NCBI GenBank assembly: GCA_964291675.2
Contig: OZ219866.1
Span: forward strand, 1,984,001-2,048,000
Direction: 5' to 3'
DNA length: 64,000 bases
Origin: Alphaproteobacteria bacterium
GTDB lineage: Bacteria; Pseudomonadota; Alphaproteobacteria; MPNO01
Positions 51,375 to 61,063 of the stretch are shown here, in pieces. Made by a program: the position numbers and the translations under genes. The number at the start of each line of letters is the position of its first letter. Position 1 is the stretch's first letter. Below the pieces are notes generated by a model. That model did not search any database. It was not told the origin of the DNA and was given only the letters and a program-made list of their open reading frames with translations.

Positions 51375-52157
51375 TTGGGACGCCTGAAGCCGGATACCGC
51401 GCGCCGCGACATGCGGCGCGCGGCCCATCTGTTCACCCTCGGGTTCCTGGCCCTGTGGGCGATCTACGCGCAGATCGTCGAGCCCTTCATCATGCCGGGC
51501 CCGGTCTCGGTGGCGGTCCGGCTCTACGAGTTCTTCACCGACTACCACCTGGTGAAGCACATGTTCTGGTCCTTCGCCCATATCGGCGGCGCGATCCTGG
51601 CGTCCTTCCTGATCGGCAGCGCGTGCGCCTTCCTGGTGTTCTACCTGCCGTCCTTCCGGATCATGGTGCACGGGCGGCTGAGCCCGTTCCTCAACTCGTT
51701 TTCCGGCATCGGCTGGACCCTGCTGGCCATCATCTGGTTCGGGGTCAACGACTTCACCGTGATGTTCGCGATCAGCATGGTCCTGATCCCGTTCTCCATC
51801 ATCAACATGCGCGAGGGGCTGGAGGCCATCGACCGCGAGATGCTGGAGATGGGGGCGAGCTTCGGGCGCGGGCGCTGGCGGGCGTTCCGCCTCTTGATCC
51901 TGCCGGCGCTGTTCCCCTTCGTCTTCGCCACGCTCAGGATCAGCTTCGGCGTCGCCTGGAAGGTGGCGCTCACCGCCGAGCTGTTCGGCGGCGATACCGG
52001 TCTCGGCTACCTGCTCAACCTGGCGCGGCAGGATTTCGACATGCCCATGATCCTGGTGGTGATCATCGTCATCATCATGTTCGTCTACTCGACCGACCGG
52101 TGGGTGTTCGCGCCCGTGCAGGCGCGGCTTGCGAGGCATCATGCGGCGGACGGCTGA
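51375..52157 (+). CDS. ABC permease (SsuC/TauC type)
   Basis: TM helices, EMGASFG coupling loop, AELFGG..GLG. Confidence 0.9.
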   Translation: MGRLKPDTARRDMRRAAHLFTLGFLALWAIYAQIVEPFIMPGPVSVAVRLYEFFTDYHLVKHMFWSFAHIGGAILASFLIGSACAFLVFYLPSFRIMVHGRLSPFLNSFSGIGWTLLAIIWFGVNDFTVMFAISMVLIPFSIINMREGLEAIDREMLEMGASFGRGRWRAFRLLILPALFPFVFATLRISFGVAWKVALTAELFGGDTGLGYLLNLARQDFDMPMILVVIIVIIMFVYSTDRWVFAPVQARLARHHAADG

Positions 52158-52914
52158 CCGCTCGGCGGGCAGGCGGCTGCGCGAGCGCCTGCTCGGCGAG
52201 GGGCTGGTGGTGCTCGCTTTGGCCGGGTGGTGGCTCGCCGCCCGCGGCATGCCGGATTTCATCCTGCCCGGGCCGTTGGCGGTGGCGGAGCGGGTGGTCG
52301 ACTTCTTCTTCCTGTCGGGCATCGTCGACGATTCGCTGGTCAGCACGCTGCGCGTCGCCTCGTCGGTCGTCATCGCGGTCGCGCTGGGCGGCGCCCTCGC
52401 CTTCGTGCCCAGGCTGTGGCCTGCCGGCGAGGCGATCGTTCACGAACGCATCAAGCCGTTCCTCAACTCCTTCCCGTCGGTCGGCTGGGCGATCCTCGCC
52501 TCGATCTGGTTCGGGCCGTCGAACCTGTCGGTGATCTTCGTCCAGGTGGCGATCCTGACGCCGTTCTGCCTGGTCAACATCTCCGAAGGCCTCAAGGAGC
52601 TCGACCGCGAATTGCTGGAGATGGCGCGCAGCTTCACCCGCAACCCGGTCAAGGTGTTCTGGCGCATCACGGTGCCGCTGCTGATGCCCTATGTCGTGGC
52701 GGCGCTGCGCATCGCCTACGGGGTGGGGTGGAAGATCGCGCTGGTCTCCGAGCTGTTCGGCGCCGAGAGCGGCATCGGCTTCCTGATGCTGCGCGCGCTC
52801 ACCGCGTCGGACGCCGTGACCCTGTTCGCCGCATGCTTCGCCATCGTGCTGATCTTCATCGCCGGCGAGAAGCTGGTCATCGACCCGCTGTCGCGCCGCT
52901 TCGCGGTAAAGTGA
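52141..52914 (+). CDS. ABC permease (SsuC/TauC type)
   Basis: TM helices, EMARSF coupling loop, SELFGAESGIG. Confidence 0.9.
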   Translation: MRRTADRSAGRRLRERLLGEGLVVLALAGWWLAARGMPDFILPGPLAVAERVVDFFFLSGIVDDSLVSTLRVASSVVIAVALGGALAFVPRLWPAGEAIVHERIKPFLNSFPSVGWAILASIWFGPSNLSVIFVQVAILTPFCLVNISEGLKELDRELLEMARSFTRNPVKVFWRITVPLLMPYVVAALRIAYGVGWKIALVSELFGAESGIGFLMLRALTASDAVTLFAACFAIVLIFIAGEKLVIDPLSRRFAVK

Positions 52915-52936
52915 CCGGGCCGGGGAGCGCCACGGG

Positions 52937-53950
52937 ATGCGATACGGAATCTGGGCCCCGCTGCCGCACACGGTGCGCAGCGACGCCGCGATGGAGGATG
53001 CGGTCGCCGATCTGCGGACGCCCGGCGCCGGCGGCGATGTCGACAAGTCGTTCCAGATCGCGGTCGATGTCGTCAGGCGCGCCGAGGCGCTGGGCTTCGC
53101 GACCACGCTGATCGCCGAGCGCCATCTGGGCCCCGACCTCGAAGCCTGGATGGTGACCGCCGCGCTGATCGCCCACACGCGGCGGATCGAGCTCATGTGC
53201 GCGGTCCACCCCGGCATCGTCGCGCCCCAGCTCGCCGCCAAGATGGGGGCCTCGCTCGACCGCATCAGCGGTGGGCGGTTCGCGGTCAACGTCGTCAATG
53301 GCTGGTACGAGGAGGAGTTCGACGTCTTCGGCAATGGCGGCTGGCTCGACCAGTCGGATGCCCGCTATCGCCGGATGGGAGAGTTCGTCGACGTGATGAA
53401 GGGGCTCTGGACCGAGGAGGTTTTCACCCTGGAGGGCGAGTTCTACCGCTGCGAGCGCGGACGGCTGCCGATCAGGCCGGTGCAGCTTCCCAACCCGCCG
53501 ATCTATGCCGCCAGCCGCGCCGAGGCGGGCAAGGAGGTGGTGGCGCGCGCCTGCGACGCGTGGTTCGTCGCCTACGATCCGGGCTATGCCAGCGCAGACG
53601 CCAACCTCGCCGGCTTCGCCCGCGCCGTCGAGGATCTCGACCGGCGGAGCGCGCAATGCGGCCGGGCGCTGTCCTACGGCATCAGCGCGCATGTCATCTG
53701 CACCGAGAGCGCGAGCGAGGCCGAGGAGCGTGTCCAGGAGCTGGAGGAGTACGGCAGCCGCGACCCGGTCTCGGCGGTCGCCGCCAAGGGTCTCGGCGCC
53801 GGCCTGGTCGGCACGCCCCGCCAGATCGCCGATCGCCTGCGCTACCTGGAATCGCTCGGCATCGACTGCCCGCTGGTGCATTTCTACCCGATGATGGACG
53901 GGCTGGAGACCTTCGCCGCCAGGGTGATGCCGCTGGTGGAGGGAAGCTGA
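52937..53950 (+). CDS. LLM class (luciferase-like) flavin-dependent monooxygenase, SsuD/SfnG-related
   Basis: AEALGF..TLIAER, SGGRFAVNVVNGW, GLVGTP.QIAD. Confidence 0.88.
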   Translation: MRYGIWAPLPHTVRSDAAMEDAVADLRTPGAGGDVDKSFQIAVDVVRRAEALGFATTLIAERHLGPDLEAWMVTAALIAHTRRIELMCAVHPGIVAPQLAAKMGASLDRISGGRFAVNVVNGWYEEEFDVFGNGGWLDQSDARYRRMGEFVDVMKGLWTEEVFTLEGEFYRCERGRLPIRPVQLPNPPIYAASRAEAGKEVVARACDAWFVAYDPGYASADANLAGFARAVEDLDRRSAQCGRALSYGISAHVICTESASEAEERVQELEEYGSRDPVSAVAAKGLGAGLVGTPRQIADRLRYLESLGIDCPLVHFYPMMDGLETFAARVMPLVEGS

Positions 53951-53956
53951 CCCCTC

Positions 53957-55288
53957 TCACGGGAGGCGGACGCAGCCCGTCTCCTCGCGCGTCCGGGTGC
54001 AGGTATCGACGATCGAGTAGACCAGCTTGCGGCAGGTATGCGCGAGGTCGGGCGCCGAGGTGACCCCCATGCCGCCCAGCCCCTCGCGGAACTCGTCCGG
54101 CGTCGCGTCCGGCACGTTGACCCAGCCGGTGCGCGCGGTCGGGATGCCGAGATTGCGGATGGTCGAGATGTCGGTCTGGCCGCTGGTGCGGCGCGGCGGC
54201 TCGTGGGTCCGCCCCTCGACCGCCTCCCAGGCGGCGATCGCGGAGCGGACGATCCAGCTCTCCGGGTCGGTGCTCGCGCCGGGGATCGCGGCGGTCATCT
54301 CCCAGTCGAGGTCGAGATCCGGATGGTTCGCCCGGATGCCGGCGATCGCCGCGCCGAGCTGGGCGGCGACCTCGGCGGGCGGCGTGCGCGGATTGCAGCG
54401 GATGTCGAGATGGATCTCGGTGGTCGCCGAGGGGAAGGCCACCCGGTCGGGCCAGCCGCCGCGCACCGCCGCCACCCAGCCCTGGGGCATCACCTGGCCC
54501 GAGCTGTTGCGTTCCGCATAGCCCGGCAGCCACGCCTCCAGCTCGGCGATGACGCTCGCCGCCGGCACGATCGAGCTGCGGAAGCCCGGAACGCCCCGCG
54601 CGATCCCGGCATATCCCATCGTGCCCCTGACCGAGACCTTGAACCAGCAGAGCCCGGGCTCCTCGTGATAGACCGCGTTTCCCGGCTTCATCACCAGCGC
54701 GAAGTCGGCATAGACCCCGCGGGTCAGCAGATGGAAGACCCCGTCCGACAGCCCCCGGTTGCCGGCCGCTGCGAGGTCGACCGGCATGCCGCCGCCGGCG
54801 AACCCGACGAGCAGATCGCCGGCAAGCGGGATACCGGCCTCGGCGACGACCCGGGCGGCCTCCGCCTGGGCGACCACCATCGCCTTGGGGTTGGCGGCGC
54901 CGAGCCCGATGATCAGCCCGTCGCGCACCACCGGCTCGGGGATCATGTCCTGTCGGAGGCCCGGGCCGACCCACGGGATGTCGGTTTCCGGATCGGCCTC
55001 CAGATGGGTGTCTATCGGCGCGTAGAGCAGAAGGCTCGGCCCGCCGCCGCTTCCGCGCAGCCGCGCGGCCGCGTTGCCCGATGCCTCGCCCATCGGCTGG
55101 TACCAGGACTCGAGGCCTGCCTCGGCAAGCCGGGCCACCATGAATTCGCTCGCCGCGCGCTCGCGCCCGGTCGGGCTGTGGATGCCGGTGAGCTCGAACG
55201 CCAGGCGGTGGATGCGTTCCTCGTCGATCAGCGAGACCGCCCTGTCGAACCACGCCTGCCGTTCCGGCCCGAGCTCCGGGTGCGTCAT
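53957..55288 (-). CDS. M20/ArgE-fold protein with degenerate metal-binding motifs (paralog of 40211-41542)
   Basis: IHSPTGRE, LYAPIDT, GLGAANPKA, GGGMP, GLCWF.VSVRG shared with the paralog. Confidence 0.78.
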   Translation of the reverse strand: MTHPELGPERQAWFDRAVSLIDEERIHRLAFELTGIHSPTGRERAASEFMVARLAEAGLESWYQPMGEASGNAAARLRGSGGGPSLLLYAPIDTHLEADPETDIPWVGPGLRQDMIPEPVVRDGLIIGLGAANPKAMVVAQAEAARVVAEAGIPLAGDLLVGFAGGGMPVDLAAAGNRGLSDGVFHLLTRGVYADFALVMKPGNAVYHEEPGLCWFKVSVRGTMGYAGIARGVPGFRSSIVPAASVIAELEAWLPGYAERNSSGQVMPQGWVAAVRGGWPDRVAFPSATTEIHLDIRCNPRTPPAEVAAQLGAAIAGIRANHPDLDLDWEMTAAIPGASTDPESWIVRSAIAAWEAVEGRTHEPPRRTSGQTDISTIRNLGIPTARTGWVNVPDATPDEFREGLGGMGVTSAPDLAHTCRKLVYSIVDTCTRTREETGCVRLP

Positions 55289-55431
55289 TTCAGGTCTCCT
55301 CGCCGGATCGGGTCGATCGATCCGGGAGAAACCTACCCCGGCGCCCGGGCTTGTGCGAACCGCCACTGGCGGTCCGGGGCCGGCGGGTTCAAGATATTCG
55401 ACCAAGCAATCGACTCGCGAGGGATCGAGAG

Positions 55432-56754
55432 GTGGATGCGTCGGCGCCCGCGGACCGGGTCATCGAGATCGTCGACGGGCAGAGGCGGGAGCTGGTCGAG
55501 CTTTGCCTCCGCCTCGGCAATGCGCGCGACTACGCCGGGGACGAAATCGCGGTCGCCCGAGCGGTCGAGGCCTGGCTCGCCGAGGCGGGCATCGAGACCC
55601 GGCTGCAGCGCATCGGCGAGGCCAGCGCGAACGCCGTCGGCATCCTGCGCGGCGCGGGCGACCGGTCGAGCGGCGCACGGTCGCTGATCTTCAACGCCCA
55701 CATGGACACCCAGGGCGCGGCACCCGCCGCCGGGGCGGAGGAGGAGCGGCGGCTGCGCGGCGCGCACGAGCAGGACGGGCTGCTGTTCGGCAACGGGCTC
55801 GCCAACGACAAGGCCCAGCTCGCCGCCCAGATGATCGCCGCGCGCGCCATCGTCCGGGCCGGACTCCGGCTTGGCGAGACCCTCTACGTCACCGGCGTCG
55901 CCCAGGAGACCGGCGCTCCGCCGCAGCGCGGCGAGGAGATCGAGGGCTGGTCCGGGATCGGGCCGCGCATGAGCCAGGTGCGGGAGGGTCACGGCGCGCG
56001 CTGGCTGGTCGAGCACGGGATCGTCGCCGACTATGCGCTTGTCGGCGAGATCACCGACTTCAGGCTCGGCCTGGGCCAGGCCGGCTACCTCCGGCTCAGG
56101 ATCGCCGTGCCCGGCCATCTGCGCTACACGCCTCTGCTGATCCGCGGCGAGACGCCGAGCGACAACCCCAACCCGTTCGAGCGCGCGGCGCATGTCGTTT
56201 CGGCGCTGGAGTCCTGGGCGACGGACTACGAGAGGACCGACGCGCTCGACTTCGGAAGGGGAACCGTCGTGCCCCGAGCCCAGGTTTGCGAGGTGGCGGC
56301 GGGCGGCCTCCCCTTCACCGAGGTTTCCGACAGCTGCAACGTGTTCTTCGACGTGCGCCTCGTGCCCGGCGCCCGCCCGGCGGAGATCCTCGACCGGGTG
56401 CGGCAGGCGCTCGGCGCGACAGGGCTGGATTGCGAGATTTCGCCCTACGACTATCGGCGGGGCTATCTCGCCGAGGACGCCGACCCGCTGGGCGAAGCGC
56501 TCGGCCGCGCGCACCTTCGCGTCTTCGACGAGGAGATGGAATTCGCGGAATCCGGCCCGACCAGCACCTGGCGGGACACCAACGCGTTCAACGAGGCGGG
56601 GATCCCCGCCGTCTGCTACGGCGCGCGGGCGCGCTCGGCGTTTCTCGGCGGCGGGCTCGCGGGAGACCGGCGGCCGATGGCGGTCGACGACTTGCTGGCG
56701 CTCTCGAAGGTCTACGCGCTGACCGCGCTCGACCTGTGCGGCGTAGTATCATAG
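55432..56754 (+). CDS. M20/ArgE family deacylase-like protein
   Basis: FNAHMDT, GNGLANDKA, VAQET, VGEIT, FDVR.VPG. Confidence 0.78.
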   Translation: MDASAPADRVIEIVDGQRRELVELCLRLGNARDYAGDEIAVARAVEAWLAEAGIETRLQRIGEASANAVGILRGAGDRSSGARSLIFNAHMDTQGAAPAAGAEEERRLRGAHEQDGLLFGNGLANDKAQLAAQMIAARAIVRAGLRLGETLYVTGVAQETGAPPQRGEEIEGWSGIGPRMSQVREGHGARWLVEHGIVADYALVGEITDFRLGLGQAGYLRLRIAVPGHLRYTPLLIRGETPSDNPNPFERAAHVVSALESWATDYERTDALDFGRGTVVPRAQVCEVAAGGLPFTEVSDSCNVFFDVRLVPGARPAEILDRVRQALGATGLDCEISPYDYRRGYLAEDADPLGEALGRAHLRVFDEEMEFAESGPTSTWRDTNAFNEAGIPAVCYGARARSAFLGGGLAGDRRPMAVDDLLALSKVYALTALDLCGVVS

Positions 56755-56779
56755 GCGGGGAGAGGAAGGAGAACGGCTC

Positions 56780-57616
56780 ATGGCACCACGCGGAGACCTG
56801 TCGGACAGCCAGTTCGTCACCGCAGCCGGTGTGCGGGTGCACTACAAGGAGGTGGGCGAGGGCTACCCGGTCATCTGCCTGCACGGCGCGGGACCCGGCG
56901 CGAACAGCGAGAGCAACTTCCGGCGCAATGTCGGCGCGCTGTCGGAACGCTTTCGCGCGGTGCTGGTCGACATGCCGCAATTCGGCAAGAGCGAGAAGGT
57001 GCCGATCGAGGAGGGACGGCTCGGCTTCAACGCCCGGGTGATGGACGCGTTCATGACCGAGACCGGAATCGAACGCGCGCATTACATCGGCAACTCGATG
57101 GGCGGGCAGGTGGCGCTGAAGCTCGCCGTCGACAAGCCGGAACGGGTGGACCGCCTGGTCGTGCTGGGTCCCGGGGCGATCAACAACCCGATCTTCGTGC
57201 CGAGCCCGCTCGAAGGCATCAAGCTGATCGCCGACTACTACAAGGGCGAGGGGCCGACCCGGGAGAAGCTGCGCAAGCTGCTCGACACGCTGGTCTACGA
57301 CTCCTCCTTCCTCACCGACGAGGTCGTCGAGGAACGGTTCCAGACGACGATCGAGCCCGACAACCTCGAACTCTTCGCCAAGCTTCAGGGCCGCTACAGG
57401 AAGGAAGACCTGTACGCCGACCTCGACAGGATCGAGTCCCCGACGCTGATCGTCTGGGGCATGGACGACCGGTTCGGCGCGCTCGATGTGGGGCTTCAGA
57501 TGACCCGGCTGATGAAGCGCGCGCAGATGCACATCTTCGCGCGATGCGGCCACTGGGCGCAGGTCGAGCACGCCGAAGCGTTCAATCGCCTGGTGGTCGG
57601 CTTCCTGTCGGATTGA
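56780..57616 (+). CDS. Meta-cleavage product C-C hydrolase (CarC/BphD family)
   Basis: LHGAGPGA, GNSMGG, CGHWAQ; paralog of 42708-43532. Confidence 0.9.
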   Translation: MAPRGDLSDSQFVTAAGVRVHYKEVGEGYPVICLHGAGPGANSESNFRRNVGALSERFRAVLVDMPQFGKSEKVPIEEGRLGFNARVMDAFMTETGIERAHYIGNSMGGQVALKLAVDKPERVDRLVVLGPGAINNPIFVPSPLEGIKLIADYYKGEGPTREKLRKLLDTLVYDSSFLTDEVVEERFQTTIEPDNLELFAKLQGRYRKEDLYADLDRIESPTLIVWGMDDRFGALDVGLQMTRLMKRAQMHIFARCGHWAQVEHAEAFNRLVVGFLSD

Positions 57617-57627
57617 AGGGGGTAGGC

Positions 57628-58812
57628 ATGGCGGACAGCGGAACGGACGCAGCGGCCGAGCCGGAAAAGGACTTCGTCAACAAGCCCTGGGCGCCCTATA
57701 TCGAGGCGGCGCTCGGCTTCCGCAATCACTGGTACCCGGCCTGCTTCTCGAAGGAGGTCGCCGACGGGCAGTGCCTTGGCATCGAGCTCCTCGGCGAGCG
57801 GGTGCTGTTCAAGCGCATCGACGGCCGCGTCTACGCGATGGAGGACCGTTGCGCCCATCGCGGGGTCGCGTTCTCCGCGCGCCCCGAGTGCTACTCGGCC
57901 AACACGGTCACCTGCTGGTATCACGGCTTCACCTACGACTTGAGGGACGGCAGGCTGGTGGCGATCGTCACCGACCCCGAGAGCCCGCTGATCGGCAAGG
58001 TCGCGCTCAAGACCTACCATGTCGAGGAACGGCAGAACGTCGTCTTCGTCTTCATCGGCGACGGCGAGCCGCCGCCGCTGGTCGAGGACGTGCAGCCGGG
58101 CTTTCTCGACGACGACCTATATATCGCGCCCGACGGCGACCGGGGCGCGGTCGGGAGCAACTGGCGCCTCGCGGCGGAGAACGGGGTCGACGCGTCGCAC
58201 ATATACATCCACCGCAATTCGCGGCTGCTGAGCGCGCTCGGCCGCGCGGTTCCGCTGGCGAGCTACTTCGTCACGCGCGAGGACATGGTGGTGGACGCGC
58301 CCGGCGGTCCCAAGGGCGTGGTCAAGGGGGCGGGCCGCAAGATCTCGGTCTGGGAGACCGAGATCGAAGGCGAGAGGGTCGCCGCCCGGACCATGCCCGA
58401 GGAAGATCGCGCGGGCTCCGGGGCCACCGACACGTCGCTCTGGATGCCCTGCGGGCTGAAGGTCGATCCGTTCCCGGCCCTCGGCATCACCCATTTCGAA
58501 TGGTACGTCCCGATCGACGAGCATTCGCACTACTACATGGTCACCTGGGGGAAGCGGGTATCGGACCCGGTCGAGCAGGAGCGCTTCGCCCACGAGGTCG
58601 ACACCTATTGGCGCGAGATGGTGGTCGACCGCTTCAACGACGAGGACGTGTTCGCCCGCGAGGCGATGGAGCGGTTCTACAGCGAGGAGGACGGCTGGAA
58701 CCGCGAGCGGCTCTACCGGCCCGACGTGGTGGTCACCGAATGGCGCAAGCTGGCCAGCAAGCACAATCGCGGCATCCAGAGCCGCGGGGCTGCCAGGGGG
58801 CGCGCTTCGTGA
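57628..58812 (+). CDS. Carbazole 1,9a-dioxygenase-like terminal oxygenase (CarAa-like)
   Basis: WAPYI.A.LGFRNHWYP, CAHRG, TCWYHG, SNWRLAAENG.D.SHIYIH, LKV.PFP, FEWYVPIDE, WRKLAS.HN.GIQ match CarAa as I recall it along the whole length. Confidence 0.88.
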   Translation: MADSGTDAAAEPEKDFVNKPWAPYIEAALGFRNHWYPACFSKEVADGQCLGIELLGERVLFKRIDGRVYAMEDRCAHRGVAFSARPECYSANTVTCWYHGFTYDLRDGRLVAIVTDPESPLIGKVALKTYHVEERQNVVFVFIGDGEPPPLVEDVQPGFLDDDLYIAPDGDRGAVGSNWRLAAENGVDASHIYIHRNSRLLSALGRAVPLASYFVTREDMVVDAPGGPKGVVKGAGRKISVWETEIEGERVAARTMPEEDRAGSGATDTSLWMPCGLKVDPFPALGITHFEWYVPIDEHSHYYMVTWGKRVSDPVEQERFAHEVDTYWREMVVDRFNDEDVFAREAMERFYSEEDGWNRERLYRPDVVVTEWRKLASKHNRGIQSRGAARGRAS

Positions 58813-59090
58813 CCGGGTCACCGCCCGGCTCGGCGCGCTACTGGCTCAACCGCGCCTTGTTCGACCTCGGCGACCCGGCCCGCCGGCGGGAGTTCGGCGC
58901 CGACCGGGCGGCCTGGCTCGACCGCTACCCGCTGGACGCGGACGCGCGCGCGGCCCTCGAGGCGCCGGGATGGCAGGCGCTGCTCGACCACGGGGCGCTG
59001 CCCAACCTGGTCTTCAAGTACTTCATGCTGCACGGCCACCCGCCCGGGAAGTTCGCCGCCATCGCCGGGGAGGCGGACCGGCATGGCTGA
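58809..59090 (+). CDS. CarBa/LigA-like small subunit
   Basis: Y.LNR, YPLD..AR.AL, GALPNL; overlaps both neighbours. Confidence 0.75.
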   Translation: MTGSPPGSARYWLNRALFDLGDPARRREFGADRAAWLDRYPLDADARAALEAPGWQALLDHGALPNLVFKYFMLHGHPPGKFAAIAGEADRHG

Positions 59091-59910
59091 GCTCTGCCTG
59101 GGGCTCGCGACCTCGCATCTCGCCCATATCGTGAATGCGCGCGATGCCGGCGACCCGGCCGAGGTCGCCGCGTTCGACGCCGGCTACGCCCGGCTCGCCG
59201 CGGCGCTCCGCGAGGCCGCTCCCGATGTCTGCCTCCTGGTCTCCGCCGAGCACGTCAACAAGTTCTTCATCGACAACATGCCGGCCTTCTGCATGGGGCT
59301 GTTCGACAGCTTCGCCGGCCCGGTCGAGAGCAAGGCGCGCGACGTCGGCTATCCCTGGCGCGAGGTGCCGAGCGACCCCGGGCTCGCCCGCTATCTCATC
59401 GAGCGCGGGCTCGACGAGGGCGTGGACTGGGCGGTGTCGGAGTTCTGGGAGGTCGATCACGGGATGATGGTTCCGCTGCACAAGCTGGACCCCGACGGCC
59501 GGGTGCCGATGATCCCGGTATTCGTCAACTGCGCCTCCGCGCCGATGCCCTCGGCCCGGCGGTGCTTCGCGGTCGGGCGCTGGCTCGCCGAAGCGATCGC
59601 GGACTGGCCGGCATCGAAGCGGGTGGGGATCCTCGCGACCGGCGGGCTGTCCCATTCCGTCGGCACGCTGGACCAGGGCCGCATCGACGCCGGCTTCGAC
59701 GAATGGTTCCTCGACAGGCTGTGCGCCGGCGACGGCGCGGCGCTGGCCGGGCTCGACGATGCCCGGATGACGGCGGCCGGCAGCTCGGCGGGCGAAGTCC
59801 GGTCCTGGATCGTGCTGGCGGGCGCCTTCGCCGGCCGCCGCGCCGAACGGGTGTTCTACGCGCCCATCGAGGGCTTCGATACCGGCTGCGCGCAGGCGGT
59901 CTATAGCTGA
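59083..59910 (+). CDS. CarBb/LigB-like class III extradiol dioxygenase
   Basis: TSH, SAEH, FFIDNMPAF, VDHG, TGGLSH, EVRSW. Confidence 0.9.
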   Translation: MAELCLGLATSHLAHIVNARDAGDPAEVAAFDAGYARLAAALREAAPDVCLLVSAEHVNKFFIDNMPAFCMGLFDSFAGPVESKARDVGYPWREVPSDPGLARYLIERGLDEGVDWAVSEFWEVDHGMMVPLHKLDPDGRVPMIPVFVNCASAPMPSARRCFAVGRWLAEAIADWPASKRVGILATGGLSHSVGTLDQGRIDAGFDEWFLDRLCAGDGAALAGLDDARMTAAGSSAGEVRSWIVLAGAFAGRRAERVFYAPIEGFDTGCAQAVYS

Positions 59911-59918
59911 GACCTGCT

Positions 59919-61055
59919 TCAGTCGGCCACCAGTATGCAGGCCTCGCTGCGCAGCTCGATCCCGACGGCATCGCCCGCGGCGAAGCGGCGCCCGCCCCGG
60001 TCCGAGCGCGCGCGAAGCAGGACATCGCGCAGCCGGACGAAATAGACCACGGCGTCGCCCAGGAACTGCACCGAGTCGACCACCCCGGACCAGCCATCGT
60101 CGGTTTCGGAATCGGTGCGCGGAATCACGCGGACGCCCTCCGGCCGGAGAGCGGCCGAAACGCGGTCGCCGGGGTTGAAGGCCACGCGGCCCACCGCATC
60201 GAAGCGCGCCCCCCAGGGGGTCTCGACGCCGAAGCGGTACAGATCGGCCTTGCCGTTGTCGACCGAGCGGACCCGCGCCTCGATCAGGTTGGCGGCGCCG
60301 AGAAAGGAGGCGACGAACCGCGTGCGCGGGTAGTCGTAAAGCTCCTCGGGCGTGCCGCGCTGCTCGATCGCGCCGTCCCGCATGACCGCGAGCGAGGACG
60401 ACATCGCCAATGCTTCGGACTGGTCGTGGGTGACATAGATCGACGTCACGCCGAGTCGCTCCTGGATGCGGGTGAGCTCCACCCGCAAGTCTTCCCGAAG
60501 CCGCGTGTCGAGGTTCGACAGCGGCTCGTCCAGCAGCAGGACCGGCGGCTCCATCACCAGCGCGCGGGCGACGGCGAGGCGCTGCTGCTGCCCGCCGGAG
60601 AGCATCGTCGCCTTGCGTTTCGCGAGATGGGCGATCTGGATCACGTCGAGGAGCTCGGCGACACGGCGGTCTATGTCCGCCCGGCCGTAGGTCCCCCGTC
60701 GACCGCGAACCGTCAACGGGTAGGCGACGTTCTCCGCGACGTCCATGTGCGGCCAGATCGCATAGGACTGGAAGACCATGCCGAGATCGCGCCGGTTGGG
60801 CGGGACGTTGATGCCCCTGGCCGAGGAGAAGAGCACCCGGTCGCCCAGCCGGATCTCGCCCCCGTCGGGGATTTCGAGCCCCGCGATGCAGCGCAGCAGG
60901 GTGGTCTTGCCGCAGCCGGACGGGCCGAGCAGGGTGAAGAACGCGCCGTCCTCTATGGCGAGGCTCACGCCGTCGAGCGCGGGCCTGTCGGCTTCGCCGC
61001 GCCGCCGCGCCAGGCGGTGATAGTCCTTGCGCAGGTCTTCCACGACCAGCTTCAT
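59919..61055 (-). CDS. ABC ATP-binding protein (FbpC/PotA type, C-terminal TOBE)
   Basis: GPSGCGKT, FQSYAIWPHM, LSGGQQQR, LDEPLSNLD. Confidence 0.93.
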   Translation of the reverse strand: MKLVVEDLRKDYHRLARRRGEADRPALDGVSLAIEDGAFFTLLGPSGCGKTTLLRCIAGLEIPDGGEIRLGDRVLFSSARGINVPPNRRDLGMVFQSYAIWPHMDVAENVAYPLTVRGRRGTYGRADIDRRVAELLDVIQIAHLAKRKATMLSGGQQQRLAVARALVMEPPVLLLDEPLSNLDTRLREDLRVELTRIQERLGVTSIYVTHDQSEALAMSSSLAVMRDGAIEQRGTPEELYDYPRTRFVASFLGAANLIEARVRSVDNGKADLYRFGVETPWGARFDAVGRVAFNPGDRVSAALRPEGVRVIPRTDSETDDGWSGVVDSVQFLGDAVVYFVRLRDVLLRARSDRGGRRFAAGDAVGIELRSEACILVAD

Positions 61056-61063
61056 GCCCGCGC

